Position numbers and translations under genes: made by a program. From Candidatus Tayloriibacteriota bacterium (GTDB lineage: Bacteria > Patescibacteriota > Minisyncoccia > Phycocordibacterales > PALSA-1337): 64,000 nt of DNA. Below, in pieces: positions 1-9,480 of this stretch (positions within the stretch are counted from its first letter, which is position 1; every line of letters starts with the position of its first letter). The notes beneath the pieces are model-generated. The model searched no databases. It worked only from the letters and a program-made list of their open reading frames with translations, and was not told the DNA's origin. Location of the stretch: assembly GCA_037129895.1 (NCBI GenBank), contig JBAXUB010000005.1, positions 597-64,596 on the forward strand, in the 5' to 3' direction.

Positions 1-3000
1 TACGGATCAATAACGATGACTTCATCTGGTTTTGCTGTATTTGTAAGTGGATCCGCAAGTTTAACTATCAATAATGGTACCAATACGGCTATTGATCAGA
101 ACACCTCCAGTGGACAGGCTGTACGATGGGGTTCAACGGGGACCCTGTCTATTACTGGTAACATTGTAGGCGCCAGTGGAACGGGATATGCTATTCGTTT
201 TACAACAGCACCTGCATCAGCAACTATAAATGGAAACATAACTTATGGAGGGACATCGTCAAACTTCATTGATCTTTCTGGAAGTACCCTCACTATCAAC
301 GGCTCAGTTACTAATTCTTCATCAGGGAGTACGCTGGCTCCTGGTTTAGGTACTATTATTATAAACGGTTCAGTCACCAATTCTTCTACAGGTAAAGGTG
401 TATATGTGACTGGCTCTGCAAATCTCACAATCGCTAATGGTACTGACACAGCCATAGATGTAAATTCTTCAAGCGGAGTAACTAGTGCAGGTGTGTATTG
501 GTCATCAACGGGAACATTATCTATTACCGGCAATATTATTGGTGCTTCCGGAACTGGCGTTGCTATAAATATTTTGACAGCACCGACACTGGCTTCGGTA
601 ACTGGCAACGTTATATATGGAAGCACAGGGCAGGGTCTGATTAGGGCAGGTGCAGGTGGCTTAACTATCAACGGCTCAATCACTAATACATCTTCAGGTC
701 GCGCAATCAGTGTCAGTGGTTCGGCTAACCTAACTGTCTCTAACGGTACCAACACAGCCATCGATGAGAATACGTCAAGTGGATATGGTATATACTGGGA
801 TTCAACAGGAACTTTATCCATTACAGGAAACATAGTTGGAGCAAGTGGTACAGGAACTGCTCTTTATATCCGCACGGCACCAACGTCAGCAAGTTTAACT
901 GGTAGTGTTAACTATGGAAGTACAAATACAAGTGGCTTGGTTCAAATTAACACCGGCTCTTTAGTGGTTAGCGGTGATATTTCAAAAACATCATCGGGAT
1001 ATGCTATTGGTATGCAGACTTCAGGTAATCTGATTATTTCCAGTGGTACTATAACGGGGACCTCAGTTTTTCTTTCAGGGATTGGTTCACTGACTATAAA
1101 CGGTGGTGCGGTCACGCTAGGAAATGCAAACACCTATACGGGAGGAACCATATTGAATGCGGGTAGCCTTACAATCGGCAAAAGCAGCACTGGTGCAGCA
1201 GGAAATGTTACTAATGGACCGGTAGGTACGAGTACGCTGACGCTGAACGGAGGAACTTTAAACTCGAGCGGCAACTATACGGTGAACAATGGAATCCTAA
1301 TAGCAGGTTCTACTAATGTTGGAGGGATAAACTCACTGACTCTTGGGGGAGCAATATCTGTAGGTGATAATATTTTGAATGTAACTAATACCGCTGGAAC
1401 AATAACCCTGAATGGTCCAATCAGTGGAACTGGAGGAATTACACTCTCTGGTACTGGCACATTGACACTTGGAGTAGATTATACTGCTGGCCCGATTTTA
1501 ATAACTGATACCACTGCGATTGCTAAAACATTTGCCGGAGGCGGACATTCATTCGGCAACCTTACCGTTTCTGGAGATAATGTTATTATTACCGGCAATA
1601 ATACTATTAGCACGTTGGCGGTCAATACCGCGGGACTTACTAATGGACTTAAGCTGGCAAGCGGTTCTACACAAACTATTTCGAATCTTACGACCAATGG
1701 ATCTGCAGGAAATCTTGCTAAACTAGTTGCCTCCACAACAGGTAGTACAGCAACTCTTTCTAAATCAAGTGGTTTAATTTCTGTTGATTATATGTCAATT
1801 AAAGACTCTACCGCTAACGGAGGGGCCTCGTGGAATGCAGGTGTTAATAGTGTAAATGTTTCAGGTAATTCAGGATGGTTATTTTCATTACCCCCTTCAA
1901 ATTTGACAGTATCGACTGACCTTCCAAGTTTGGTTTCAACGTCAACAATGATATTAAATGGTTCTATTACAGTCGACGGTACTGCTTCATCGACCCTACG
2001 AGGATTCGCTTGGGGTACATCATCTAATCTTACGACTGGTACAGCCACTACAACAGAGAGCGGCACTTTCGGCGTTTCTTCATTTTCCACTTCAACTATT
2101 GTATTTATCCCAAATACGACTTACTATTTTCGCGCATACGCGGGAAGTTCACAGGGAACAACAACTGGTTCAATTCTTTCCACAACAACGCTTCCTTGGA
2201 ACGTGCCTGATGCGCCTACTATTGGCACAGTTGCGACATCTTCTCCAAATAAGGCTACGATTCCTTTTACTCCTGCAGGAAATGGCGGTTCCCCTGTTCT
2301 CTATTATTTAGCATCTTCAACCCCAGGGAATATTATGGCGACGAGTACCGTCTCACCTATTACCGTCAGTGGACTCACAAATGGTACCTCGTACACTTTT
2401 AAAGTTTATGCAGTGAATGCTGTAGGTACTAGTACTCCTAGCTCTGTTTCAAATGCTGTTATACCAAATGCTTCTTACGCTCGAAGTACATGGCGGACTG
2501 AAGAAGGTGCGACAGTAGGACCTCAGGTTGTGACAAACGGCTCATTTGCAGATAGTACGGGTTGGATTATACCCACAGGCGGTTCAATCAGTGGTGGGAA
2601 AGCAACATGGACACAAAGTGGATCTTTCCGACAAAATGTAACACTTGACACTGATTCTTATTATGAATTTATCTATACTGTCTCTGACTATACTTATGGA
2701 GCTATTCATGTTCAAGGGTGGAACGAAAGATCTGCTGATAGATATGGTCCAGGAACATTTAGAGATATTATATATTTTCCGACCGGATCATCCATGTTTC
2801 TTATCAATGGGTCAGATACATTTTCAGGGTCTGTTTCTTACATTTCTGTTCGTAAGATAACACCAGGAATTGCCAACTGGAATCCTAGAGTTGTGGCAAT
2901 TACAGGTGACTCAATTGCACAACATCAGGCAGTAATGAATCCCGATACATATCCTGGCAATACTACTTATGGATTTTCTCTCGCACAGGACGGAATTACT

Positions 3001-5592
3001 CCCGTTGACTGCGCCTTGGGAAATACAACCTTTGCTTGGGCTCTGTCGACCGGAATTCCATGCGCGATAGCTACCGGTGCCAGGACTATCATTATTCACG
3101 ATGGTATTAATGACATAGTGCAAGGCAGAACTTGGGACCAGGCACTTTCTGATCTAAACGCAATCCGTGCATTAGTTACGACACAAGATTTATTTGTAGA
3201 TGAAATTCTACCCAGAACGACTGGTAATGATGCGCAGGCAGCCACTATTCGAACATGGAACGCAAATCTGGATGCCTGGTCTGCAGCCAATAACGCACAT
3301 TTTATCCGTAGCCACGATATTATGGGCAAAATCAGAGCATCGACTGGACTACTGGACGACCTTGGTTTCGACACTGCGGATGGTGTGCATCCGGCTACTG
3401 GTGGTAGCTATGTCCTATGGCATTTGTGGTTCGATGCTCTGGAAGCTGTTTATGGATATCCTATCAAAACAACGTGGACAGTCACTGCTAGTACTGGAAC
3501 AGGCGGATCGATCAGTCCTGCTGGAGTTACGAATATTGGAGAGGGAACGGATCAAACGTTTATAGTGACTCCAAGTGACTCATATACAGCAGAAGATATT
3601 CTAGTTGATGGAGTAAGTGTAGGTACGACTTCATTATCGTATACATTTACAAATGTTATAGCGGATCATACGATTGATGTTAGCTTTCAATCTCAAAATA
3701 GTATTCCGGCATCCCCTGTATCAATCTCCGCAGCCACTTCCACCTCCGGTCAAGCCACTGTCTCTTTCACTCCAAGCTCCAATGGCGGTTCTGCCATCCT
3801 TTACTATTTAGCTTCCTCAACTCCAGGAAACTTCACTGCCACATCGACAGGATCTCCCATCGTTGTCGCTGGTCTTACTAACGGTACCTCATATACCTTT
3901 GCTGTGTATGCTGTGAATGCTTTAGGAACCAGCACATCTTCAAGTGATTCAAATGCAGTGGTACCGATCGGTCTTCCTACTGCCCCAACAGACGTAACAG
4001 CTACAGCAGGCAACACTCAAGTAGTTATCAATTTCAGTGCCCCAGGTTCAAATGGCGGCAGTGCCATTACCGGATATACCGTGACATCGAGTCCTTCTGG
4101 AGGCATTGATACAAATGCTGGCGGAACTGCGCTTACGCATACCGTCACAAGTCTTACTAACGGTATCTCGTACACCTTTACTGTAACTGCAACAAACGTG
4201 GTTGGTACAGGAAGTGCTTCAAGTCCTTCATCTTCAGTCACTCCTTCAACTGTTGCTGCCGTTTCAACAAACGTGGTTACTAGTATAGCTTCTACTAGCG
4301 CCACCGTGAGTGGTTCGATCACTTCAACGGGTGGGTCTGACGCAAGCCAGCATGGCTTTGCATACGGCACTGTTGCTAACCTCTCAACCGTGACTGCAAC
4401 TACCACTCTAGGGTCTCAAACTGGTACAGGCACGTTCACAAGCTTTGTGACTGGTCTAACAGCCAATACCACATACTATGTCCGTGCCTATGCTGTAAAT
4501 GCCTCAGGTACAACAACTGGTTCAATCATTTCCTTCCTAACTCTTCCTGCTATTCCGACTGTGACCACACAAGCTCCGACAGCTGGCTCAGGCATATACT
4601 TCACTGCTAACGGCAATATCACTGCAACTGCCGTGAACGCTACTGTTCGAGGTTTCGTCTACGGCACTACGAATACATACGGAGCGACAACTACGGAGAA
4701 TGGTTCATTCACTACAGGCGCATATACTGCCACGATTTCTGGTCTTGCTTGTAACACGCTATATCATGTCAAGTCCTATGCATTAAATACCGGAGGTACT
4801 GGCTATGGTTCTGATCAGACTATTACAACTGATGTTTGTACCAAACCAACAGTTGCCACTTCTACTCCTACAGGAATCACTACAACTGGAGCTACCTTGA
4901 ATGGTTCTATCACAGCCGACAACAATGCTTCATCTACAGTTGAAGGTTTCAATTGGGGTAATGATACGAATTATGGCCAGACGGCTTCGACAAATGGTAC
5001 ATTCGGCACTGGCTCATTCTCACAGACATTAAGCGGTCTAACATGCAACGCCACATATCACTACCAAGTTTTTGCTACAAATTATGCGGGCCAAGGCACT
5101 TCGGGTGACGAGATATTCAGCACATCAGCATGTTCTGTAACTCCTACACCTGCGGTACAAAGTTCTAGTTCAGGTGGAGGAGGAAGTGCTTCAAGCCGAG
5201 TCAACAATCTGATAGCAATGGGTAATTACACACTAGCGCAACAGATAGCTAAACAATTTGGAATCATAATCCTGACCCAGTCTTTGCTAAAAGAAAATTT
5301 GCCAGTTTCGAAATCGTCGCAAACATTTACAAAAACTTTGAAACTTGGAATGACTAATAGTGATGTAAAAAGATTACAAATATTCTTAAATACGCAAGGC
5401 TTCATTGTTGCAAAGCAAGGTGCCGGTTCTCTCGGACATGAGACAATGTATTTCGGACAGGCTACGAAAGCTGCTCTGAAGAAGTTTCAGTTAGCCTACA
5501 GGAAGGAAATACTTGATCCGCAGGGATTGAAGAGTCCGACGGGGCTGTTTGCATCAGGCTCTATGAAAGTTGCAAATGGACTATTAAAATAA
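1..5592 (+). CDS. Giant Ser/Thr/Gly-rich surface protein (beta-helix/autotransporter-like repeats, FN3 modules, SGNH/GDSL hydrolase, C-terminal peptidoglycan-binding-like domain); probably 5'-truncated by the window
   Basis: Frame is open from base 1 with no signal peptide visible. Motifs: NTYTGGTILNAGSL repeat; FN3 'GLTNGTSYTF.VYAVNAVG'; SGNH blocks GDSI...GIND...DGVHP; C-terminal 'LKLGMTNSDVKRLQIFLN...YFGQATKAALKKFQ'. Confidence 0.85.
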   Translation, partial: YGSITMTSSGFAVFVSGSASLTINNGTNTAIDQNTSSGQAVRWGSTGTLSITGNIVGASGTGYAIRFTTAPASATINGNITYGGTSSNFIDLSGSTLTINGSVTNSSSGSTLAPGLGTIIINGSVTNSSTGKGVYVTGSANLTIANGTDTAIDVNSSSGVTSAGVYWSSTGTLSITGNIIGASGTGVAINILTAPTLASVTGNVIYGSTGQGLIRAGAGGLTINGSITNTSSGRAISVSGSANLTVSNGTNTAIDENTSSGYGIYWDSTGTLSITGNIVGASGTGTALYIRTAPTSASLTGSVNYGSTNTSGLVQINTGSLVVSGDISKTSSGYAIGMQTSGNLIISSGTITGTSVFLSGIGSLTINGGAVTLGNANTYTGGTILNAGSLTIGKSSTGAAGNVTNGPVGTSTLTLNGGTLNSSGNYTVNNGILIAGSTNVGGINSLTLGGAISVGDNILNVTNTAGTITLNGPISGTGGITLSGTGTLTLGVDYTAGPILITDTTAIAKTFAGGGHSFGNLTVSGDNVIITGNNTISTLAVNTAGLTNGLKLASGSTQTISNLTTNGSAGNLAKLVASTTGSTATLSKSSGLISVDYMSIKDSTANGGASWNAGVNSVNVSGNSGWLFSLPPSNLTVSTDLPSLVSTSTMILNGSITVDGTASSTLRGFAWGTSSNLTTGTATTTESGTFGVSSFSTSTIVFIPNTTYYFRAYAGSSQGTTTGSILSTTTLPWNVPDAPTIGTVATSSPNKATIPFTPAGNGGSPVLYYLASSTPGNIMATSTVSPITVSGLTNGTSYTFKVYAVNAVGTSTPSSVSNAVIPNASYARSTWRTEEGATVGPQVVTNGSFADSTGWIIPTGGSISGGKATWTQSGSFRQNVTLDTDSYYEFIYTVSDYTYGAIHVQGWNERSADRYGPGTFRDIIYFPTGSSMFLINGSDTFSGSVSYISVRKITPGIANWNPRVVAITGDSIAQHQAVMNPDTYPGNTTYGFSLAQDGITPVDCALGNTTFAWALSTGIPCAIATGARTIIIHDGINDIVQGRTWDQALSDLNAIRALVTTQDLFVDEILPRTTGNDAQAATIRTWNANLDAWSAANNAHFIRSHDIMGKIRASTGLLDDLGFDTADGVHPATGGSYVLWHLWFDALEAVYGYPIKTTWTVTASTGTGGSISPAGVTNIGEGTDQTFIVTPSDSYTAEDILVDGVSVGTTSLSYTFTNVIADHTIDVSFQSQNSIPASPVSISAATSTSGQATVSFTPSSNGGSAILYYLASSTPGNFTATSTGSPIVVAGLTNGTSYTFAVYAVNALGTSTSSSDSNAVVPIGLPTAPTDVTATAGNTQVVINFSAPGSNGGSAITGYTVTSSPSGGIDTNAGGTALTHTVTSLTNGISYTFTVTATNVVGTGSASSPSSSVTPSTVAAVSTNVVTSIASTSATVSGSITSTGGSDASQHGFAYGTVANLSTVTATTTLGSQTGTGTFTSFVTGLTANTTYYVRAYAVNASGTTTGSIISFLTLPAIPTVTTQAPTAGSGIYFTANGNITATAVNATVRGFVYGTTNTYGATTTENGSFTTGAYTATISGLACNTLYHVKSYALNTGGTGYGSDQTITTDVCTKPTVATSTPTGITTTGATLNGSITADNNASSTVEGFNWGNDTNYGQTASTNGTFGTGSFSQTLSGLTCNATYHYQVFATNYAGQGTSGDEIFSTSACSVTPTPAVQSSSSGGGGSASSRVNNLIAMGNYTLAQQIAKQFGIIILTQSLLKENLPVSKSSQTFTKTLKLGMTNSDVKRLQIFLNTQGFIVAKQGAGSLGHETMYFGQATKAALKKFQLAYRKEILDPQGLKSPTGLFASGSMKVANGLLK

Positions 5593-5597
5593 CAGCT

Positions 5598-6167
5598 ATG
5601 AACGATGACCAATCTCAAGATACACCAGTAACAGCTGAAATAGCCCAGACTCCAGAAATACCCACTTCTAACCAACCGACAGCATCGGAACCTGCCGATA
5701 TGCCCCCAGAGGCCCCAGAATTGCCCACAAACGCTTCAACAAACGTTCCTGTAGAAAGTCAAAATGGAGCAGTAAATACGTCAGAAAGCGAGGTGCCAGA
5801 ATCATCAAATGAGGCTCCAATTCCAGAACCTGTCCAGCCAGTTCCAACGGAATCTGCGCCGTCCGCGCCGGCGCCAGTGACACCGCCAGTACCACAACGC
5901 CAATCGCCGGCGCAACAAGATCAAACCGGATTCATCCGCGCACTGTTAGCGAAAGCTCAAGCTAAAATCCAGTCAAACAAACAGAAGAAGTTCGACAAGA
6001 TCATTTTATTCGCACAGAAAAAGAAAATCGTAGCCAATGAAGACATTCAACTTCTTTTGCATGTCTCAAGTGCTACTGCGACGAGATATTTGGTCAAATT
6101 AGTTCAGCAAGATCATCTATATCGCGTAGGGAATCCACGCGATGCTAAATATCAATTCCTACGTTAA
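5598..6167 (+). CDS. Protein with a Pro/Glu-rich disordered N-terminus and a C-terminal winged HTH (DeoR/Fic-C-terminal-like)
   Basis: 'IVANEDIQLLLHVSSATATRYLVKLVQQDHL' HTH pattern; paralog of 57444..57971 in the same gene context. Confidence 0.75.
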   Translation: MNDDQSQDTPVTAEIAQTPEIPTSNQPTASEPADMPPEAPELPTNASTNVPVESQNGAVNTSESEVPESSNEAPIPEPVQPVPTESAPSAPAPVTPPVPQRQSPAQQDQTGFIRALLAKAQAKIQSNKQKKFDKIILFAQKKKIVANEDIQLLLHVSSATATRYLVKLVQQDHLYRVGNPRDAKYQFLR

Positions 6168-6174
6168 AAATGTC

Positions 6175-6203
6175 TGTGGCTCATATCCACCAATTGAGCC
6201 ACA
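6175..6203. promoter_or_regulatory. Palindromic site TGTGGCTCA-N11-TGAGCCACA, copy 1
   Basis: Perfect 9-bp arms 8 bp after the wHTH stop; further copies at 6430 and 57980. Confidence 0.6.
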
Positions 6204-6232
6204 TGTGTTTCTGATTTATCACTACGCTCCGC

Positions 6233-6405
6233 CGAGAAGCGGCCGACTTCCGCTTCTCTCACTAACAGTTGTTCGCATCCAGAGGATGTCTGTATGGCGG
6301 AGCACTCCACGGTTGCGATTAGCAACGGTGGAAAGTGCGAGAGCCATTCGGACATCCGATGGGTGCGCCATGAACTCAATCAGAAGCGGAAGTGGGCCGC
6401 TTCGA
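6233..6405 (+). repeat. Long conserved hairpin element (GAAGCGG...CCGCTTC ends), copy 1
   Basis: Terminal IR gaagcggccgacttccgcttct / agaagcggaagtgggccgcttc; homologous to 51520-51695 and 58017-58151. Confidence 0.75.
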
Positions 6406-6429
6406 ACCGCGCGATTGTGATAGAATGGT

Positions 6430-6458
6430 TGTGGCTCAAATGGTGGAATTGAGCCACA
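6430..6458. promoter_or_regulatory. Palindromic site TGTGGCTCA-N11-TGAGCCACA, copy 2
   Basis: Identical over 29 bp to 57980-58008; spacer inverted relative to copy 1. Confidence 0.6.
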
Positions 6459-6626
6459 TCGAACCCGCCCCCAAAAACCACATTCCACCGCACGACCAAA
6501 ACAAATAGTGAGGGCGGACGGAGTCCTTCCCCCACACCCCCAGTCCTCCGTCCGCCCTCTCCACCTTTTTGTGATTTCAAAGAAAACAGCGTCGCGCAGC
6601 GACTCCGTATTTCATTCACAGAGAAG

Positions 6627-6683
6627 TCACGCATCAGGATTTTCAGCGAAATAAGTTCGAACTTCAAGTAAAAACTGCCGCAA
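6627..6683 (-). mobile_element. attR-like junction (core CCGCAA) of a serine-recombinase element whose left end lies upstream of the window
   Basis: Minus strand from the core reads LRQFLLEVRTYFAENPDA*, homologous to the attP-arm tail LLSFLNEVRTFFAENPQN* at 58341-58397. The adjacent CCCCACACCCC-loop hairpin is shared with that element. Confidence 0.65.
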
Positions 6684-6870
6684 AAAAAATGAGCGAGCTT
6701 GCGAGCGAATGTTTTTTGCGTGAGAGAGCGACGCGACTGCTCGCGTCGCGTGAAGGGATTCGAAGAGGTTCTCCCATATTTTCGAGACCCCGAAGCTTTA
6801 GCGGAGGGGTAGAGAAAATGGGAAACCTGTACTGAAGCTGTAAGCTTCGAATCCCTTCCTCTCCGCAAAA
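6684..6870. repeat. ~185-bp multi-hairpin element ending in a tRNA-Ser-like 3' end (ttcgaatcccttcctctccgca)
   Basis: Flanked by direct ccgcaaaa at 6678 and 6863; 14-bp IR gaagggattcgaag / cttcgaatcccttc; nested hairpins. Confidence 0.55.
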
Positions 6871-7539
6871 GTTGCCAAATTGGCAAGATTCAACCTTTAG
6901 AAAATACCGCAGAACCGTGCAGTATTTCGTTTTCCACTCACATAGTGATTCCTGCTCAAGATGCTGAAAGTTGTCGTGTGTGGCAAACCAAGTAAACAGA
7001 TGTCCACACCTTTCGTACCACAGGTGGTACGTTATACTACGTACCTTTCTATGCCCCAATTATTGCAACCCCTTGAACCAAATGATACAGAGAAGGCCGT
7101 CATCCACAAAGTGTGTATGGGGCTGATAAAGTACTTTAGCACTCCCGAAGGAGTAGAGGTGGGGAATAGTCAAGGTGAGCTCAGGTGTGGCGAAAGAGGG
7201 TATGGTGTTATGAGGATTCATAAAAAACAGCACAGAGGGTTTTCCTCTGCGCCGATGTGCTGCCAACGTCGAATTTAATCGCAAACACTCATGTGATTAG
7301 TAGTTGAACTGCTGCTTTGACAAGTAACAGTGCTACGGCCGCCGTCATAAGACCAATGATGATGCCAACTTTCTGTCCTCGGTCAAATGCATGTTGGCGA
7401 TTGAGTAATTCCTGGCTATCGCCAGCGGTTTGAATGCAGTTATCTTCCATAAGTACTCCAAGTTGTTAATGTTGCTGTGGATTCTGTCCTCTAACTATAT
7501 ATTACGCGCTTTATACGTTAACGCAAGAACACAACAGGC
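6863..7539. repeat. Duplicated ~0.7-0.9 kb module, copy A
   Basis: Three blocks (about 6863-6968, 7173-7291, 7297-7539) are highly similar to 11783-11889, 12081-12199 and 12459-12702. Confidence 0.85.
7289..7450 (-). CDS. Small single-TM peptide, 53 aa (MEDNCIQTAGDSQELLNRQHAF...), missing from the ORF track
   Basis: GGAG RBS upstream; hydrophobic C-terminus; paralog with conserved frame at 12440..12613. Confidence 0.65.
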   Translation of the reverse strand: MEDNCIQTAGDSQELLNRQHAFDRGQKVGIIIGLMTAAVALLLVKAAVQLLIT

Positions 7540-7581
7540 TGTTGTAATCTTTGTGAGTTTGTGCGATACTTGACAAATCAC

Positions 7582-7653
7582 CGCGGGGTAGGGTAATGGT
7601 AACCCACGAGGCTCATAACCTCGGATATGTCGGTTCGACTCCGGCCCCCGCAA
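7582..7653 (+). tRNA. tRNA-Met(CAT), initiator type
   Basis: Acceptor CGCGGGG/CCCCGCA with C1:A72 mismatch; anticodon arm CGAGG-ctCATaa-CCTCG; GGTTCGACT T-loop; CCA not encoded. Confidence 0.93.
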
Positions 7654-7715
7654 CAAGTATTGACTTTTCTAATAAATCATGTAACTGTATAGCCAGAAAA
7701 TCTTTGACAATCTAT

Positions 7716-8063
7716 ATGGATAAAAACATGAACACAACAAGGCAATTCCAACGCACAATCGAAGATTTCGTGTGCGAAAACTGCGATCTGCAGGTAAAAG
7801 GCAACGGTTACACTAACCACTGCCCTCGATGTTTATGGAGTAAACACGTTGACATCAATCCTGGCGACCGCATGGCAAAGTGTGGCGGAATGATGGAACC
7901 TATTGCCATCGAATCAAAAGATGGCGGGTATATCATCGTTCATCGGTGTGTAAAATGCGGATACGAGAAAAGGAATAAAAAGTCGGAGGAAGATAACTTC
8001 GAAGCTATTCTTAAACTCTCTAGCCGTCCTCTGCAATCAACAATTAACAAGAAAGGAAAATAG
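7716..8063 (+). CDS. RNHCP-domain zinc-binding protein
   Basis: 'FVCENC...GYTNHCPRCLWSKHVD..PGDR...CGGMM...HRCVKCG'. Start moved to ATG 7716 (or 7728) because the 7596 start lies inside the tRNA. Confidence 0.85.
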   Translation: MDKNMNTTRQFQRTIEDFVCENCDLQVKGNGYTNHCPRCLWSKHVDINPGDRMAKCGGMMEPIAIESKDGGYIIVHRCVKCGYEKRNKKSEEDNFEAILKLSSRPLQSTINKKGK

Positions 8064-8067
8064 CCTC

Positions 8068-9480
8068 GTGAAAACGAATCTATCAAATGAATCATGGTCG
8101 CCTGTTGCGACTGTGCATTGCAATTATCGTTCACAAGGAAGGCGTGAGGACGGTAAATACGTTCTTCACGATGCCATTCCACACCTCTGTCATATCGAAT
8201 TGACATATGCGTGCAACGAGAAGTGCATCTTCTGTTACAATCCCGAACGAGCAAAACTGGGCGATCTATCAACGATTGATCAGCTTGTTCGTTCCATCGC
8301 GGTGAGTCAGATACCGCATGTATATCTGATAGGTGGCGAGCCAAGCTTACTGCCTGTCGAGAAGCTCAACGAATATATTGATCTTCTCTCTCCTTCCTCA
8401 TCCGTTACGATCGTAACTAATGGCCTAAAGCGGCTAGATGGTATCTCGAGCAAGCTCGCTTGTTTCGGAGTTCCGATTCATGGGGCGAATGCCAAAACCC
8501 ATGAATTTCTCAATCAGTCGCCAGGTAGTTTTGAGAAAACACTTGAAACAATCAGGTGTTATGTGGGCGAAGGTCATGATGTGCGATGCATACCAGTTCT
8601 CACTGGTTATAATCATGACCAGATGTATGACATCATCGGCATTGCGGCAGGTCTCGGTATGGAGTCGATTTACATCGACCGTTATGAAGATGGAGGTATT
8701 GGCGCGGTCAACTCCCGCGGTTATACTTTGAAGCCGACAAGCGAGCAGTTTCATATTGCTGTAGGACAAATTGTCCAGGCCAAGCACGATTTTGCCGTCT
8801 TTGATGGAAAGGTCGGGTTCGGTACAGCTATTCCGTACTGCTTGGATGAACGGATGATCATCGAGGGTATCACATCAAATTGCGGAGTTGGTACATACTT
8901 CTGCGCGATTAACCCCAAGGGTGAATTTCGAATGTGCAATCAGTCGCAACTTGTTTTTGGTAATGTCATGAAAGAGCCAATCGAGACGATCTGGAACAAG
9001 CCAGCACTCGATATCTTCCGTGATCTATCCTGGGTCGGCGAGCCGTGTAAATCGTGCGAATTATTGCTTGACTGTACGGGCGGCTGCAAAGTTGACTCGA
9101 ACTGTTCAGACAGATTCTGTATCGACTATGCGGTTCGCGGACTTTCCAAGCCTGTCGCTGAATTGGTAACAAAGGTCAAGCATTGTCAGTTGGCTGAAGG
9201 ATACCCGGAAAGTTACCGAAACTTTCGACCAAACAGATACATGAAACTTACAACACGTTACCCTGAGAAATTCCTGGTTACGCGGTATCAGACGGTAAAA
9301 CTGGATGAGATGGCACTGGAAATGGCTCAGGTCATTATCAGTGAAGCATTGATTGGTGAACGTGAGCTAATCGCTCGGTTTTCTAAATCAGTCGAGGAAC
9401 ATGAAATACGGTTATTCGTGAGCAAGATGCTTCAAGTGAATGCTCTTGATCTCGTGAAGGAGGTGCAACATGCAACTTAG
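8068..9480 (+). CDS. Radical SAM/SPASM peptide maturase with a putative C-terminal PqqD-like RiPP recognition element
   Basis: CNEKCIFC motif; GGEP; SPASM cysteines CGVG..C...GEFRMC...CKSC...CTGGC; ~80-aa beta/alpha C-terminal extension. Confidence 0.85.
   Translation: MKTNLSNESWSPVATVHCNYRSQGRREDGKYVLHDAIPHLCHIELTYACNEKCIFCYNPERAKLGDLSTIDQLVRSIAVSQIPHVYLIGGEPSLLPVEKLNEYIDLLSPSSSVTIVTNGLKRLDGISSKLACFGVPIHGANAKTHEFLNQSPGSFEKTLETIRCYVGEGHDVRCIPVLTGYNHDQMYDIIGIAAGLGMESIYIDRYEDGGIGAVNSRGYTLKPTSEQFHIAVGQIVQAKHDFAVFDGKVGFGTAIPYCLDERMIIEGITSNCGVGTYFCAINPKGEFRMCNQSQLVFGNVMKEPIETIWNKPALDIFRDLSWVGEPCKSCELLLDCTGGCKVDSNCSDRFCIDYAVRGLSKPVAELVTKVKHCQLAEGYPESYRNFRPNRYMKLTTRYPEKFLVTRYQTVKLDEMALEMAQVIISEALIGERELIARFSKSVEEHEIRLFVSKMLQVNALDLVKEVQHAT

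Noticed and set aside
243-4406. Minus-strand ORFs inside the giant surface genes and housekeeping genes
   Set aside because: Antisense shadows caused by codon bias.
6752-6870. Complete or intron-containing tRNA-Ser
   Set aside because: Only a T-arm and 3' acceptor strand are recognisable; there is no D-arm or anticodon arm.
6142-7284. Overlapping ORFs across the hairpin/att region (also 49778-50099, 51375-52217, 57986-58381)
   Set aside because: They result from GC-rich palindromes and repeats; only the integrase-stub frame is informative.
7490-7530. dif-like site (gcgcgtaa-tatata on the minus strand)
   Set aside because: No XerD arm; better explained as the promoter of the small peptide gene.
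7596-7715. Long N-terminus of the RNHCP ORF
   Set aside because: It overlaps tRNA-Met. Similar over-extended starts were trimmed for tgt, ftsX and the ORFs at 32037 and 38134.
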